In this document: piece after piece, positions 27,740 to 42,427 of the stretch
Numbering within the stretch: the first letter of the stretch is position 1
Layout of the letters: each line of letters starts with the position of its first letter
NCBI RefSeq assembly: GCF_009914755.1
Contig: NC_060926.1
Strand: one strand, 5' to 3'
Length of the DNA: 64,000 bases
Origin: the human T2T-CHM13v2.0 reference genome, Homo sapiens
Notes under the pieces: model-generated
Databases searched by the model: none
Seen by the model: the letters and a program-made list of their open reading frames with translations, nothing else
What the model was told of the DNA's origin: nothing
Translations under genes and position numbers: made by a program

Positions 27740-28910
27740 CAAAGACTGATGAGAAATGATTCAGGGAGTTTTCAGGAGCTATACCTCAGGGGTCTCTTTT
27801 TAGCCTCTTCTGATCAACATTTTTGTCAGTGTTTTGGTTAGTGATTTATCACATTTAAAGACTACCTAACATACCTGGTATAAAATGGCATCTAACATTA
27901 CCCAATTCAACCATTCTCAGCTTCTCTCTAAAATATTTGTGAAAAAATGAACAAAATACCAAAAACTGAAGATCAATAAATTGTGGAAATTCAAGAGGCG
28001 TTTGTACTATCAATACGACTTAAGAAGCTTCTACATTAATGTATCACAGTCAATAACTAGCCTAAAATGTATTCATGTGATTCAATTTATTGATTGCCTA
28101 CATGCACTCAGCACTGTGCTAGGATCTTGGGATTTATCAGTGAACAAAACAAATATCTCTATCCAGATAGAGCACGGGGATAGAGAGACATTAATCATAA
28201 TAAATAAAATATAATATATGGTGTGTTAAATTGTGTTAAGTGCTGTGAAATAAAATGGGGAGCAGAAGGAAATATTGGCAGAAGATGAGGGATGCAGAAG
28301 CAAACAGGTGGTCAGGGAAGGCCACCTCATTGAGATGATTAAATTTGAACCAAGGGCCAAAGAAAGCTTCAAGGAAGTGAGCGAGCTGACTATGCAAACA
28401 TCTGAGGTGAGGGGGGAACATTCCAGATAGAGAGCAGAACTGAAGTAAAGGCTCCAAGGTGGGAAGAATGAAGGAAACAAGATGTATCGTCTCCTTTCAT
28501 GTTTGTCCCTAAGTGGAAACAGAAAAACTGAACAAAAGGAGTTTGTTTTGGAAAACAGGAATAATGTATATGTTGAATAAGACAGTCAAAATCAAAATCA
28601 AAACAGACCAAACGGATTTAGATAAAATTTAATGTGCATAAATGTAAAGTATCCCAATTGAGCTTTTTTTTTTAAACTATAACTATAATATAGCAAAGAT
28701 ATAGCTTAACAGGATGTATCAAAGACTCTTGGGTTTTTAGCTGATTTTTTTAAATACAATTTGAGTCAACACTGGGAGTGGCTGCCAAAATGGCTATAAT
28801 ATTAAAATGTAATATCCCACACCAGGAAGTTGATATTTTGGCCCATCTATGTAGTTGGTCAAATCCAGAGAGTATATTGATCAGTCTGTGTCCCACACTT
28901 AAAAGTATAC
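27740..28910 (+). mobile_element. CR1/L3 RT fragments (about 27740-27865 and 28610-28910) interrupted by an L2 fragment (about 28070-28460)
   Basis: tacctcaggggtctc...ttcaacatttttgtcagtg and aaatttaatgtgcataaatgtaaagt are CR1-like; tttattgattgcctacatgcactcagcactgtgctagg is L2. Confidence 0.6.
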
Positions 28911-29155
28911 TCAGAGCAATGCAAACACTATGTTAGGAGACTAGTGGCCTGGCATTGGAGAAAGAGTTTATAAGACTAAAACTAAGAAGGTGGAAAAGGA
29001 AAAGCATGGAGTATGAATAAGAAAATGTTTAAATAGTCATTAGTATATATATGAAACACTTTCAGCCAGTTTTTCTTGCATAATCTTCACGTTTTCCAGA
29101 GCAATTATTTGTTGTTGCCTTTGTTTTTCTGGGGTTTTTGTTTTGTTTTGTTCTG

Positions 29156-29206
<51 letters not shown>

Positions 29207-29678
29207 ATCATCTCACCTTTTTAAGCCAAAAATTGAGGCTTTAAAATTTTTGCACATGTGCACAAGGAGGCAAGGAGGAGGATATTTACAGTAGTATTAT
29301 TTCTCATACTGAAAAATGAATAGAATCTAAAGATCCATCAGTAGAAACATAGATAAGCCGAAAGGTTAAATGAATGAACCAGATCTATACATAGCTATAT
29401 AGGTCACAAAAGGAAAGCTGAGTGAAAAAACAAGTTGCAGAATGGTATATACAATATGATGTCACTTATGAACATTTGCAAAACACAGAAGAATATTATA
29501 TACATATATAATACATATAATACATCTATACATATGTATTATATATGTGTTATATATGTATTGTACTTCAGTCTGCTCTCTATCTGGAATGTTCCCCCCT
29601 CACCTCAGATGTTTGCATAGTCAGCTCGCTCACTTCCTTGAATCTTTCTTTGGCCCTTGGTTCAAATTTAACCATCTA
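28333..29678. repeat. Inverted duplication, arms 28333-28447 and 29564-29678
   Basis: About 115 bp with 2 substitutions and 1 indel; both arms give the same translated peptide in the ORF track. Confidence 0.97.
29157..29203. repeat. (TG)n microsatellite
   Basis: About 23 TG units. Confidence 0.97.
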
Positions 29679-31494
29679 TACATATACACAATATAGATGT
29701 ATATACATATATGTTTGTGTATGTATACACATATATATATTTTTCTCTGTTTGTGTTCCTTCTTTCAAGAATTGCACTCCTCTTTGTCATTTCACTTTCT
29801 CCTCTGTTCAGTTCTACCTGTTTGCTCTTTTCTGGGAACTTGGTGAAGTCCTCACAAAGATGAGTCTTGTCCTGGGAGGAAAGTAAATAGGAAGGCTTAT
29901 CTAGAAAAACTGTCAGCTGGATTTTCAACTTTATTTTTCTCGTGTACCTTACCTATATATCCTTGCTTAGAATGCCCATTGCCATTGCCTGATAGATCCT
30001 TACCCAATCTTTAAGATCCAATTTAAGCCAATCAGCTAAAACACTTTCCTAATCACCCCTAATTAGAATGTAATTCTCCTTTCTCTTATTCTCTTAGCAT
30101 CTTACTTGACCACGATTTTAGCATGTCTTATAAAATGATTTATGTATGTCTGTCTTCCCACTAAAATGACTGCCCTTAGAGACCATGGCCTTTATCTTGC
30201 TTATGATTGAATTCCTCCTCAGCATCACAGGAAGTGCTCAACAAATATTGGTTTATCTCAACTTAATCCTTAGACTCTGTTGTCTGAAGGCTTTTTGATA
30301 TCTTGACACCATGTTATGGAGCCAATGACTTTGTTTTCCATTGCCCTAAAACTAGCTTTGTGATCCATACACTAGATCTAACTAAACCCTGCATCAATTG
30401 CTTGTCCTATTCTCTACCTTGGTAGACTTCTCCTTACTTTATATACCCATCAGCTCTTTCCTGAAATAACTCTCACTTCCACTGTTCTACTGTGTGGGTG
30501 TGTGCTTGCTTCCATGTGTGTGACTATGTTTCTACTTTCAAACCAATTATAATTATTTCCAATATTGAGAACTATAAACTTGTCATCAACAGGATTGCAA
30601 TATGCCTAATTTTTTCAGTTACTTCAATGCTAATTAAAAATTCACTATGTACAATCTTAGCAGATAATATCAGCAAGAATCAATAAACTGCTTTTAAATG
30701 GATTTTTCCAATTAATTGCAGGATTAAAAAGCTATTGGAGTTGAAAGAAGTATTACTGGAGGCTCGGAGTTTTCTGAAAGACATTCTGAATTAGCAGACA
30801 AAGTGGAGCTTTCTTAGATAGCTAATTTACAAATGAATCCAGCTGAATAATAACTAGCCCCAAAAGAAACTCAACTTGTGTAATATAATTCTGATTTTTA
30901 ACAGATATTTTCTTAGTAACCAGAACAACCAGTTCACATTGTATTTTTCTCTCACTCTTCCTAGGTTAATTTTTGTCCTTATTGAAGCACATCCTTTAGT
31001 AGTCCTTTCAGAAAAATTTGTGGGTGGTAAACTAACATAGTGTTTTTAAAAATGATTTATTTTGCCCTCAATTTTGGATGATACTTTTGCTCTAGTACTT
31101 TAAGAATATTATTCTCCTTGTCTTCTGGCTTTTATTAGTAACAGAAGTCTATTGTCAGTTTAATCACCATTCCTTTGGCAGTAATCTGTCTTTTCTCTCC
31201 ACTTATGTCAACATTTTCTATTTATAATTGTTACTCTCCATTTTTACTATATATCTCTAAGTTTAAATGTATTTTTATCACCTAGTCATTGCACATGTAT
31301 TTTTATTCTAAGAACTCAGCTCTTTTCTGTCTAGCTAAATTAATAGCCCTTAGCTTCAGTGTTAGAACCTGTTAGAACAACCTGGATAGCTTTCTCTATT
31401 TCTAGAAAATTATCAGAGTCATCTCTTCAAATCTAATTTTTAAAATTATCCTAGATGACTACTAAACATAAATTAGAACAGATCAGTCTGATGA

Positions 31495-31965
<471 letters not shown>

Positions 31966-34937
31966 AATTTAGAGTCTTGATGTGTTTTATAATTTGGTTT
32001 GCAGATTCGTTTTTAGTGGGAAGTGTTCTCCCTGTCTCCAGTCCACCCATTCTTTCCAATTTAGCAGTTTTGTGAACCCATCTGCATAACCTACTATTCA
32101 ATGGTGGGAAACCAGTTCAGAAACTTTTGTTAGGGGCATAGGGGTCCTGCCTTGTGGTAATAATGAATGCATAGTTTTTCTCAGATCTTGCCTTTAAGCT
32201 AATCCAGATCCTCCTGCCTCTGCCCCAATTTAATATAGCTCTAGGCAACTGTCATTAATAACTCTTTATAGCCTCCTTCATAGGAAAGAGCCATGTAGCC
32301 CTTAATTTCAAGTGATATCCCTGGCTCTAGTGCTCTATCTTCTGTAAAGTTTTGTTCTTCCTGTACCTGACACAAACTCCTAAGAGTTCCACAGCTTTAG
32401 CGTCTCTCAATATTTCACAATTATGTTCTCTTTGTAGTTCATGAAACATGTCTCTTAAGCATGATTATGTCCTTTTAGTTTCTTTTTTTATGTTTCCTGT
32501 CACATATAAGTATTTGTAGCTGGAGTCAGGGGAATGGTGCCTGATGTCTACCCTGCCCTCTTATCATTTACATTCTAGCTCTCCTTGAAGGAATTGTGCT
32601 CATCTCACTGGACACTTTCCCTCTTTCTCTACCAGTCTAATTTGGGAATGTCACCTTATGAGATTTGAGTTCCTTCAAATGAGCACAAGATGATGATCAT
32701 TGTTCCTCAGATGGAAGGAATTGGTCTGGTCCATGTTCATACGCTTTTTAATCCCAGTTAAATACCTGAAAAGTATGTGTACCCTATTCTCTATTGACAA
32801 TGGTGCACTAGCATCATTTCATACAATCAATTGGAACTTCCTGTCTATTTAAATCCACTGAGTTAATAATAGATGGGTACATCCTCTCTGCCTTAAAAAA
32901 CCTGACACTTCACAAGGTCTGGAAAACTGATTTTCTTGAACCTTGATTGAGTGGATTAGAGTGAGCACCTGGAGGGTTAGGTTCTCCTTTGTTTTCACCT
33001 GGTGAACTGACCATTACACAAGCAGTCTATTCCCTTAGTGGAAACTGCAGAATATATATATATATATGAGGCTCCTTGAAAGGGCAGAATGGACACTTAT
33101 CTTCAAGCTGTATCTGTGTTACAAAAATGCTGTTTTTACTTAGGTTATATGTTTACGCTGGTAGAGTTTTGAGTAGGCTAATGGAATGTGGCTGCGAGAT
33201 ACAGAATGTATTATAGAAAGAGTCAGTAATTGGCTGATAACACAGCAAGCTGGTAACCCATAGCAACAATCACCACTCTCAAACAGCAGTTTCAAAAATA
33301 TTTAAGAATTTAACCACCACTTTTTCAATACCATTTCTCCAGAATACTTACATGGATTTATTTGTATAGCAAAGATGAAAAGGAGAAGAAGGTACTAATG
33401 GAGAACAGAGAAACAGATATAAATAGAGAACAGAAACAGATAATAAAAGCTCTAGTCAAGAATCTCCCACTTTTGACTTTCAGTAGCACTTCCAGTGCAT
33501 CACATAATTTCTCTGTCTACAAAGTAGAAATGCTAATATTTGCCGTATCTTCAACTGATAAATACTCTTTGAACAACTAAAATTAAGACTCAACATCAAT
33601 AGAGTGTAGTGCTATTTTTACTAACATTTTTCAAAGCTTTCTACAATTTTTATTCCATTTGAAAATAATTGCTTAATTACATGAAAAGACATGAACACCT
33701 GACCAAAATAAGATTTCACACCCTGTGAAATTCACATAGAGCTGCCCCATGAATTTACAGAGGGAATAAATTGGACCTATAAACTTGGAGCCTGAGGTCA
33801 GGTTTATTCCAATCTAAAGCTTTTTCCAACTGTAAGGAAAAATTTAGCCTTGTTTTATGAGATGAAAAAGTCATCAAACATACTGCTCTTATACAACCGA
33901 GTGACTCAAAGTGCTCTTTCTCTCAGCAATTATCATGAGCTACAGGAATCAAATGAATTCAGGGGATGCTATGGGCCACTGTAAAAGGCCAGTGCTGGTG
34001 TTTTAAATGAAATCACTGAGTATTGTCAAATGAAGACTTGCATTATCAACAGTGCTAGCATTTGAAAAGGCACCATGTCTCTGGCTACCTATTTATCACC
34101 CACGTGGGTTGGGAGTGGAGGAGGATGGGTTTAGACTGGTTGCTGTCTCCATTTTTTTTACCATGCTTATTTTTAAAACATCTTCAAGGGTCATTAATGA
34201 TGGGTGACTGCAAATTTGCCAAATTCAGTGGTCTTTCCTCAAACCTAATCTACTGTAATGTCTCTGAAGCATAAATGACACTTGTTTCAAAACACCTAAT
34301 ACATCTGGCCAGTAAGGACACAACACTTGCCAGATACTTACCTCTGATAATATTAGATCTACTCATATGTTCCTACTATCATCTCTATGTTGAAGACTCC
34401 CAAAACTAAATGTCTAGCCCCAACCTCTCTGCAATCTTTACATTCACATTTCTAAAAACCCCAATCTTTAAATTTACATTTCCGAAAGCTTTCACTGAAA
34501 CAACGTGTCAACTCAGCATGTCTCTGAACACTCTACATGGGAACCACCCATTAACTCTCCATTTAGTAACAGTGTCAAGTCTTCATGTAGTGCCTCTTAT
34601 AATCAAATCTTCTCTTCTGGTTCTTGTTGTTATTTTTCTTTCTGTTGTTCATTACCTTCATTCAGGTCTCTGTTATTTTCACTGACACTACTACAGTCAC
34701 CTCCTAACTGTTCTCAATAGCTCCTCTTTGCCAGCCTCATGAATTCAAAATCCCAGGAATATGGCTAGGATTGCCGTGTGCACACACACTTTCCCTGACT
34801 AGACTTGTCTACCTCAGCTCCTCCACACACTCTCAACATTCCTATGAAACCAAGCCACTTGTTAGTCCCTAAATCACTGATTGTCCCCTCTGACATTGCT
34901 GATGTCTATTCTTCGAGAGTTTCCATAATTGCCTCCT

Positions 34938-35317
34938 GTTATGGACTGAATCGTGTCCCCCTGAAATTCATCTGCTGAAGCCCTAATCTCCAGTGTGACT
35001 ATATTTGGAAACAGAGCCTTTAAAGAAGTAATTAAGGTTAAATAATGTCATAAGTGTTGGTCCCTTATCCAATATAGCTAATGTCTGTGTAAGAGGAAGA
35101 GACACTAGAAGTGTGCATGCACAGAGGACTGGCCATATGAGGACACAGTGAGGAGGCAGCCACAGCACAAGCCACAGAAAGAGGCTCACAAAGAAACCAA
35201 ATCTGCTGGCACCCTGATCTTGGGCTTCCAGGCTCCAGAACTGTAAGAAATAAGTTTCTGTTTTTTAAGCCACCCAGTCTGTGGTATTTTGTTTTGGAAG
35301 ACCAAACAGACTCATAC
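34938..35317 (+). mobile_element. MLT1B-type MaLR solo LTR inside an L2
   Basis: tgttatggactgaatcgtgtccccc...ccagaactgtaagaaataagtttctg...gactcataca; TSD cctcc/ccacc. Confidence 0.88.
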
Positions 35318-35409
35318 ACCACCTCTGCCATGAAATCCTTCTGAATGAACTGTCCACTCTGTGGAGCCCTTTAACACTTTCTTCTGCACTGCTTTCATGG
35401 TACTCCTTT

Positions 35410-37010
35410 TTTTTTAACTTTTTGTCTTACAGTAATTTTAGAAATAACAGAAAAGTTACAGAAATAGAACAGAGAGTTCTTGAACATCCTTCATGCAGCT
35501 TCCTCTGTTAACATCTTACAAAACCAGGAAAGGAACATTCGTACAATACTATCAACTACAGACCTCATACTAACTTCACCACCTTTTTCTCTGATGTCCC
35601 TTTCCTGGTCCAGAGCAATACAGAAGCCCACATTGCATTTGGTTGCCCAGCCTCCTTAGACTCCTTCACTCTGTGATACTTCCTGAGTCTTTTCTTGTTT
35701 TTCATGACCTTTACATCTCTGAAAAGTACTGGACAGCTACTTTGTAGGCTGGCTCTCAGTTTGAGTGATGTTTTCTCGTGATTCAATTGACATTAGGCAC
35801 TCCTGACAGGAACACCATAGAAGTGAGGTTGTACCCTTCTCAGGACATCATGGTGATGGTGGCCAGGAACATGGTACCAATAGGTCTTATTTGGGTTGAT
35901 GGTAACCAGAATTCTTCACTGAACAGTCACTATTTTCCTTTTATAACTAATAAATAGCTGGAGGGAGATAGTTTTAAATTATGCAAATATTCCATTTCTC
36001 ATCAAACTTTTGCCCATGAATTTTAGTTTCCAACAATGAATCTTGCCTATAACAATTACTACTGCAGTGTATACCCAATGGTTATTATTTTATTTTTCTC
36101 ACACTTTTACTTCATTAATTTGATTTCTTCTATAAGGAAGTGTTTTTCCTTTCTCCTTCATTAATTTATTCAATTATTTAAATCAGTATGGACTCATGAA
36201 TATTTATTTTATGTGTTATAATCCATCACTATAATTATTTACTTTGTTCCCCAAATTGTTTCAGCTCTGGCCTTTGGTTCGGAGCTTCTTAAATTTGGCT
36301 GCTTGTCCCTCTCTATCTTTAAAGCCAGCAATGGCTGATTAAGTCTTTCTCACATTGCGTCACTCTGACACTGACTCTCCTACGTCCCTCTTTCACTTAT
36401 AATGAGTTTTATGATTATATTGGACCCACACAGCTCATTGAAAAGAATCTCGATTTTAAAGTGAGCTGATCAGCAATCTCAATTCCACCTGCAACTTTAA
36501 TTCCCCCTTGCCATGTAACATAACACACTCATGGGTTCTGGAAATTAGGACATGTATATTTTGAGTGGGGTGAGCATTCATCTGTCTCCCACAATACTTA
36601 TGCTTCCATTCTAATCCAACACTTCAAGGTTCACTCTAGCCTTCCCCTTTCTTTATTTGAAACTTCTTTCTCTGACAATGAGAAACCTGGCTCTCATTAT
36701 CTACGACATATTTACTTATTTGCTCAATCCTTATACACACATCAGTTTCAAAATTGCTGCCCCATACCCTGTGAGAAAAAAAACTCAGTAACTATAATAC
36801 AGTATTTATGCACAGTTCTATTTGTTTAATCTCCGATATACAGCCAAAATGCTGTTTCCCATAATTACTTGGGTTAGTTTTTCTCTTCCCCACCGCCTTC
36901 ACTGGGGTTATATCACTCAATTGCAGCACAATTAGGTCACTTGTTACTTCTCGTATTCCACTGGGAGGTCTCCCCACATGAAGGTTGATTCTAATTTATT
37001 TGTTAGGGGG
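35410..37010 (-). mobile_element. L1MC/MD 3' fragments with a nested MLT1 fragment (about 36300-36592)
   Basis: acattgcatttggttg, tgaaaagtactggacagctactttgtag; MLT-like aattcccccttgccatgtaacataaca. Confidence 0.65.
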
Positions 37011-37591
37011 AGTTATATGAGGAACAAAAGGATTTTCATCCAAATATACTCTTACTAGAAAATCAGCAATGTCATATGTGCAAGCCAGGATTTCCTGCTG
37101 ATAAATAAGAAACCAGCTGCTCAACAACAGCTCAATAAATATGTCCTGAAGAGTTTTCAAACCAGTGGACAACAGGCCAAATACAGACAATAGACCATTT
37201 ATTTGAAGTGCTATCTTCCAATAATAAGCCACCCTTTTTTACCTCAATAAAACTGCTCATAAAGTTACCAATTTTCACTTATTTCCTGAAAAATTAACAT
37301 TTATTAATTGGCCCATGTTAAGAAGTGGCTGCCACCTTCCAACAAATAATAAACTCTTTGATTTACCACCATCTTTGTATTTCCCAGCCTAGACCACTTC
37401 CTTCCTGTTCTGCCTAGGCCCTATATGCATTTGAGTTTGCATCCACTGATAAAGAGTTTAGCATGGATGCTAATACAGGAGGAGAGCCCTCAAATCCAAG
37501 AAAATCAGAAATCTGAAACACTTTCCATCCTAAGTATTTTTGAATAAGAGACACTCAACCTGTAGGTAACCAATTCGGTTTGGATTAACAA

Positions 37592-37870
<279 letters not shown>

Positions 37871-38703
37871 TAAGTACTTTATATACATTATATCATTTAA
37901 ATCTACAAAAAGCACTATGAAGGAGATAAAATCTTCCCATTTTACAAAAGAGAAAACTGAGGCCCCAAGAAGTTAACTTGATTAAGAGCACACTGCTACG
38001 AAGTGACACTTTGGACAGGGCTTCAAAGTACTTAAAGGTAACAGATCATGAAAACAGGTAGAGCAATAACATAGAGATTAGAGAAGTCTATGCACGAAAA
38101 GGTCAAAGAAAATCTAGAAAACAGAAAACTCGCAGAAAAATTAAATAGTACAGCAAAGAAAAAAACAGAAGGACAGGAAAATAAAGTCATAAGAACACTC
38201 AACAACAAGAGCAAAAAGGCAAGACTAGATATAAAGCACAAAGCAAAAAAGGCAAGACTAGAAAGGAAGCTAAGGAAGCAAGACCCAAGGCAGCAGCGGC
38301 AGAGTGGGGACAGAACCACAGGCACCCTCAGCCCACACACTCACTGGACATAAAGTAATTCTCTAGCTTCCGTCACATTGCATTAAATCATTCTTGTTCA
38401 ACTGATCTGCTTATCTGTTTCTAACTTCATCCACAGCAGTTGTGGATTGTCTGAAATAAATTCTTTAGAATGCGGGTGAATGTCAGTTGGTCCTGTTTAG
38501 CTACCCTATATGCCTCAGTAAAATCCCGTCAGTACCATATACAGTCGCAGTGCTAAATCGTACTCCTCAGTCATTCCCTTGAACCTATTCCCTTTTTGTT
38601 TCTAACCCTCCTACTTCCAGTTTGTACTTAGCTTTTTGTTTCATTATTGTTATTCTTTGTACTCATTAGTATGCTGCTAAAACCTTTATCAGAAGTCTTC
38701 CAA

Positions 38704-38818
38704 AGGGAAAGAGGGAGGAGAGTGGGAGGGAAGGAAGAAGGGAGAAAGGGAGGATAAGGAAAGAGAGAAGGAAGGGGGAAAGTAGAGAAGGAAAGAAAGA
38801 AGAAAAGAAAGAAAGAAA
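38704..38818. repeat. GA-rich low-complexity polypurine tract
   Basis: About 115 nt almost entirely A/G. Confidence 0.9.
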
Positions 38819-38819
38819 A

Positions 38820-39188
38820 TTTCTCATTTGTAGCATTTGCCAATTCCCAGGTGTAAACACTCCAGCCATGCTGATTTCAGGCTACCTTTGTGATGTCACC
38901 GAAAAAAGACTTGGGAAGAGATGTGCAGTAAAACATCACTTTATAGGATTTCCATCATGCCTCACATATACAAAAGATGTATTAATAGTATAGATAATAG
39001 TAAAATGTAGAGAAACAGACATCAGTTTGAAGTGTTTATTATTTTGTTTTTAACATAATGTATTTAATCATACTTGATATTATTTGATTTTTCATAATGG
39101 CTGTGTTTTATAGTCAGCTAACAAAATACCTGAAAATTTAACGATGGGTTCTCATGAGCCAGTGTCAGCCAGCTCAAGCACATTGCTG
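38820..39188. mobile_element. MER63-like hAT DNA transposon
   Basis: tgtagcatttgccaattcccaggtgtaaacact...ctcatgagccagtgtcagccagctcaagcacattgctg. Confidence 0.6.
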
Positions 39189-39271
39189 CTTATAACTTCA
39201 AACTTTGAGAGGACATGAAACACTTAGGTGGACTAAAGACCTTCTTTTCTGTTTTTTATAATTAAGTTTAA

Positions 39272-39573
39272 TTTTTTTTTTTTTTTTTTTTGAGACTGAG
39301 TCTTACTCTGTCACCCAGACTGGAGTGCAGTGGTGCAATCTCAGCTCACTCAACCTCTCCTTCCTGGGTTCAAGCAATTCTCCTGCCTCAGCCTCCTGAG
39401 TAGCTGGGACTACAGGCACGCACCACCATGCCTGGCTAATTTTTGTATTTTTAGTAGAGACAGGGTTTCACCACGTTAGCCAGGCTGGTCTCAAACTCCT
39501 GACCTCAAGTGATCTACCCGCCTCGGCCTGCCAAAGTGCTAGGATTACAGGCGTGAGCCACTGCGCCCAGCCC
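39272..39573 (-). mobile_element. AluSx-type
   Basis: Antisense dimer; TSD ttataattaa. Confidence 0.93.
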
Positions 39574-40268
39574 TTATAATTAATTTTTGACACTGAAGAT
39601 CTCTATTCCCTGAGACTGCCATGGGGAAGGAGAATTTTAATTTCAGTCTTTTCTTTGTACTACCTCTTCCATAGGTTGTGTCACCCAGTTCTGAGATCTT
39701 TCAAAGCACTGGAAGAGAACCGCCAAGTTCTCAGCTGTCAGTGCAAACTGGTGTCACTGAGATATCCATTGTCCTAGCTCATATAATGTCCAGGTCAGTG
39801 TCTTTCTGTTCCTCTGAGCCCTGTTTTGACACTAGAATCTTTGCCGTAGCTGCCTGCGGCTCCATCTGCCAAGGAGACGCCCCTAACCCCTCTAAGGTGA
39901 CGTTTTCCAGCAGCACTGCCAGAGAACAGGGTGAAGGGCCCTGCATTCCAGGACCCACAATAGCTCTGTTTTTCTTTCCTGTCTCTCCATTTCCAGGAGA
40001 ATTGTTCTCCACTCTGGGAAGGATATTTCTTGAAGAAAATTTCAGACTTCATGAAAATTTGCTTATTCTGAGACTCCCTTCCCCACTGTGAAGCTGAGGT
40101 TTTTTTGAAACAACATCAGAGAAGACTCCCATTATTGCTGTGAATTGCCCTGTCATATCCCTCCCCTGAGATAACACGTACCCAGCAACTACCAGCTTAA
40201 TTGGAGGAAAAGAAAAATGAGGGGAAATATAGTAATAAAATACAGGTTAATATTTTTTAAAGGTATTA

Positions 40269-40606
40269 CAGATTGAGCATCCCTAATCTGAATATCTGAA
40301 ATCTGAAATCCTCCAAAATCCAAAACTTATAGAACACTCACATGAGATAGTAACACTTTTGCTTTCTGATGGTTTAGTGTACACAAACTTTGTTTCATGC
40401 ATAAAATAATTAAAAAGTCTGCATAATATTACCTTCAGGCTATGTGTGTAAGGTATATATAAAACATACATAAATTTTAAGTTTAAACTTGGGTCCCATC
40501 CTCATAATATCCCATTATATATATGCAAATGTTCTAAAATTTGAAAAAATCTGAAATTTGAAGCGCTTCTCATCCCAAGCATTTCAGATATGGTGTACTC
40601 AATCTG
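40269..40606. mobile_element. Tigger4/MER46-type MITE
   Basis: Terminal inverted repeats cagattgagcatcc ... gtactcaatctg. Confidence 0.8.
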
Positions 40607-41117
40607 TCCTCTAGACATGAACTTGCCCCTTGGCATCTTTTGCCTGGCCATGCCTTTAGTAAATACTCCTGTTGGAAGAGGCATAATAGTCAAAATGGCG
40701 CCCATGCACATTCTAACATCTCTCTCTACTCCCCCTCCACCAGAACAACGAAAAGAGAATCCTCCTTCTCTCTTCTGGAAGCAGGAGAAATAGGTTTGGC
40801 TAAAAAAAAAATATGAAGTTTAGGGGAGCAGTTAAAAGAAGTATAAAGAACAAAAAGCCATACTGCTTTTCTCTCATAGTAGAAGTTTACCAATGCATAC
40901 ATATGGCTCTGAAACACATACACAAAGTGACTGCTGTCATTCTTAGAGCTGGAGTGCTCTCTTTGGTGTACTAGTCCCACAAAACCCACTCCTCTTCACT
41001 GCTCTTCACCCTGTGGGTTCCCCCTCCATTCTCTTCCCTGATTCTTCTCTTCAAAACCTTTCCAGCAGTTTCTGGAGGGTCAATGCAGCCTCATTGAAAA
41101 CCCCTGCTAAGCTTCTC

Positions 41118-41450
41118 TTTTTTTCTTATTTATTTATTTATTTTGGGTGGGGGACAGGGTCTCGCTCTTTTGCACAGGCTGAGTGCCGTGGCAAAATCAC
41201 AGCTAACTGCAACCTCCCCATCCCAAGCTCAGGCAATCCTCCCACCTCAGCCTGCAGAACAGCTGGGACTACAGGTATGAGCCACCACACCAAGCTAATT
41301 CTTTTTTTAATTTTTTTTTATTTTTTTTGGTAGAAACAGGGTTTCACCATCTTGCCCAAGCTCATCTCTATTTCCTGGGCTCAAGTGATCCACTGGCCTC
41401 AGGCTCCCAAAGCACTGAGATTACAGGCATGAGTCTCAGGCGGTGGCACC
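41118..41450 (-). mobile_element. AluJ
   Basis: Diverged antisense dimer. Confidence 0.88.
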
Positions 41451-41464
41451 TTGCTTTCTTTCTC

Positions 41465-42427
41465 TTTTTTAAAATTTCAACTTTTATTTTAGATTCAGGA
41501 GTACATGTGCAGGTTTGTTACATGAGTAGATTGCACGATGCTGAGGTTTCGGGTACAAATGATCTTGTCACCCAGGCAGTGAGCATAGTACACAATAGGT
41601 AGTTTTTCAGCTCTTGCCCTCCTCTCCCTCTCATCACTCTAGTAGTCTCCAGTTGTTCCCATCCTTATGTCTATGTATACCCAATGTTTAGCTCCCACTT
41701 GTAAGTAAGAACATGCGGTATTTAGTTTTCTGTTTTTACATTAATTTGCTTGGGATAATGATCTTTAACTGCTTTGATCTTGCTGCAAAAGACATGATTT
41801 TTTTCTTTTTTATGGCTGTGTAGTATTCCATAGTGTATATGTACCACATTTTCTTTATCCAATCCACTGTTGATGGGCACCTAGGTTGACTTCATGTCTT
41901 TGCTATTGTGAATAATGCTGTGATGAACATACATACAATTTATTTTCCTTTGGGTAAATACCCAGTAATGGGATTGCTGGCTTGAATGGTAATTCTGTTT
42001 TAAGTTCTTTGAGAAATCTCCAAATTACTTTCCAGAGTGGCTGAACTAAGTTATTACATTCCTACCAACAGTGTGTAAGTGTTCTCTTTTCTCTACAGCC
42101 TAGACAGCATCTGTTCTTTTTTGACTTTTCAATAATAACCATTCTGACTGGTGTAAGATAGTATCTCATTGTGGTTTTGATTTGCATTTTTCTGATGATT
42201 AGTCATGTTGAGCATTTTTTCGTGTTTGTTGGCTATGTGCATGTCTTCTTTTAAGAAGTGCCTGTTTATGTCTTTTGCTCACTTTTTAATGGGCTCATTT
42301 GGTTTTTGTTCATTGAATTATGTTCCTTATAGATTCTGGATATTAGACCTTCAAATTCATAGCTTGCAAATATTTTATCCCATTCTGTAGGTTGTTTGCT
42401 TACTCTGTTGATGGTTTCTTTTGCTGT
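41465..42427 (-). mobile_element. L1PA15/16- or L1PB-type 3' end, 5'-truncated
   Basis: tacatgtgcaggtttgttacatg...ttttatggctgtgtagtattcc...tatctcattgtggttttgatttgc. Confidence 0.9.

Noticed and set aside
37490-37564. Similarity between 37490-37564 and 40540-40606
   Set aside because: Independent Tigger4/MER46-family ends rather than a local duplication
38032-38353. 102-aa hydrophobic ORF (-) and 87-aa lysine-rich ORF (+); also the 102-aa ORF at 42744-43052
   Set aside because: Explained by base-composition skew; the minus-strand ORFs start at GTG/TTG; equal length judged a coincidence
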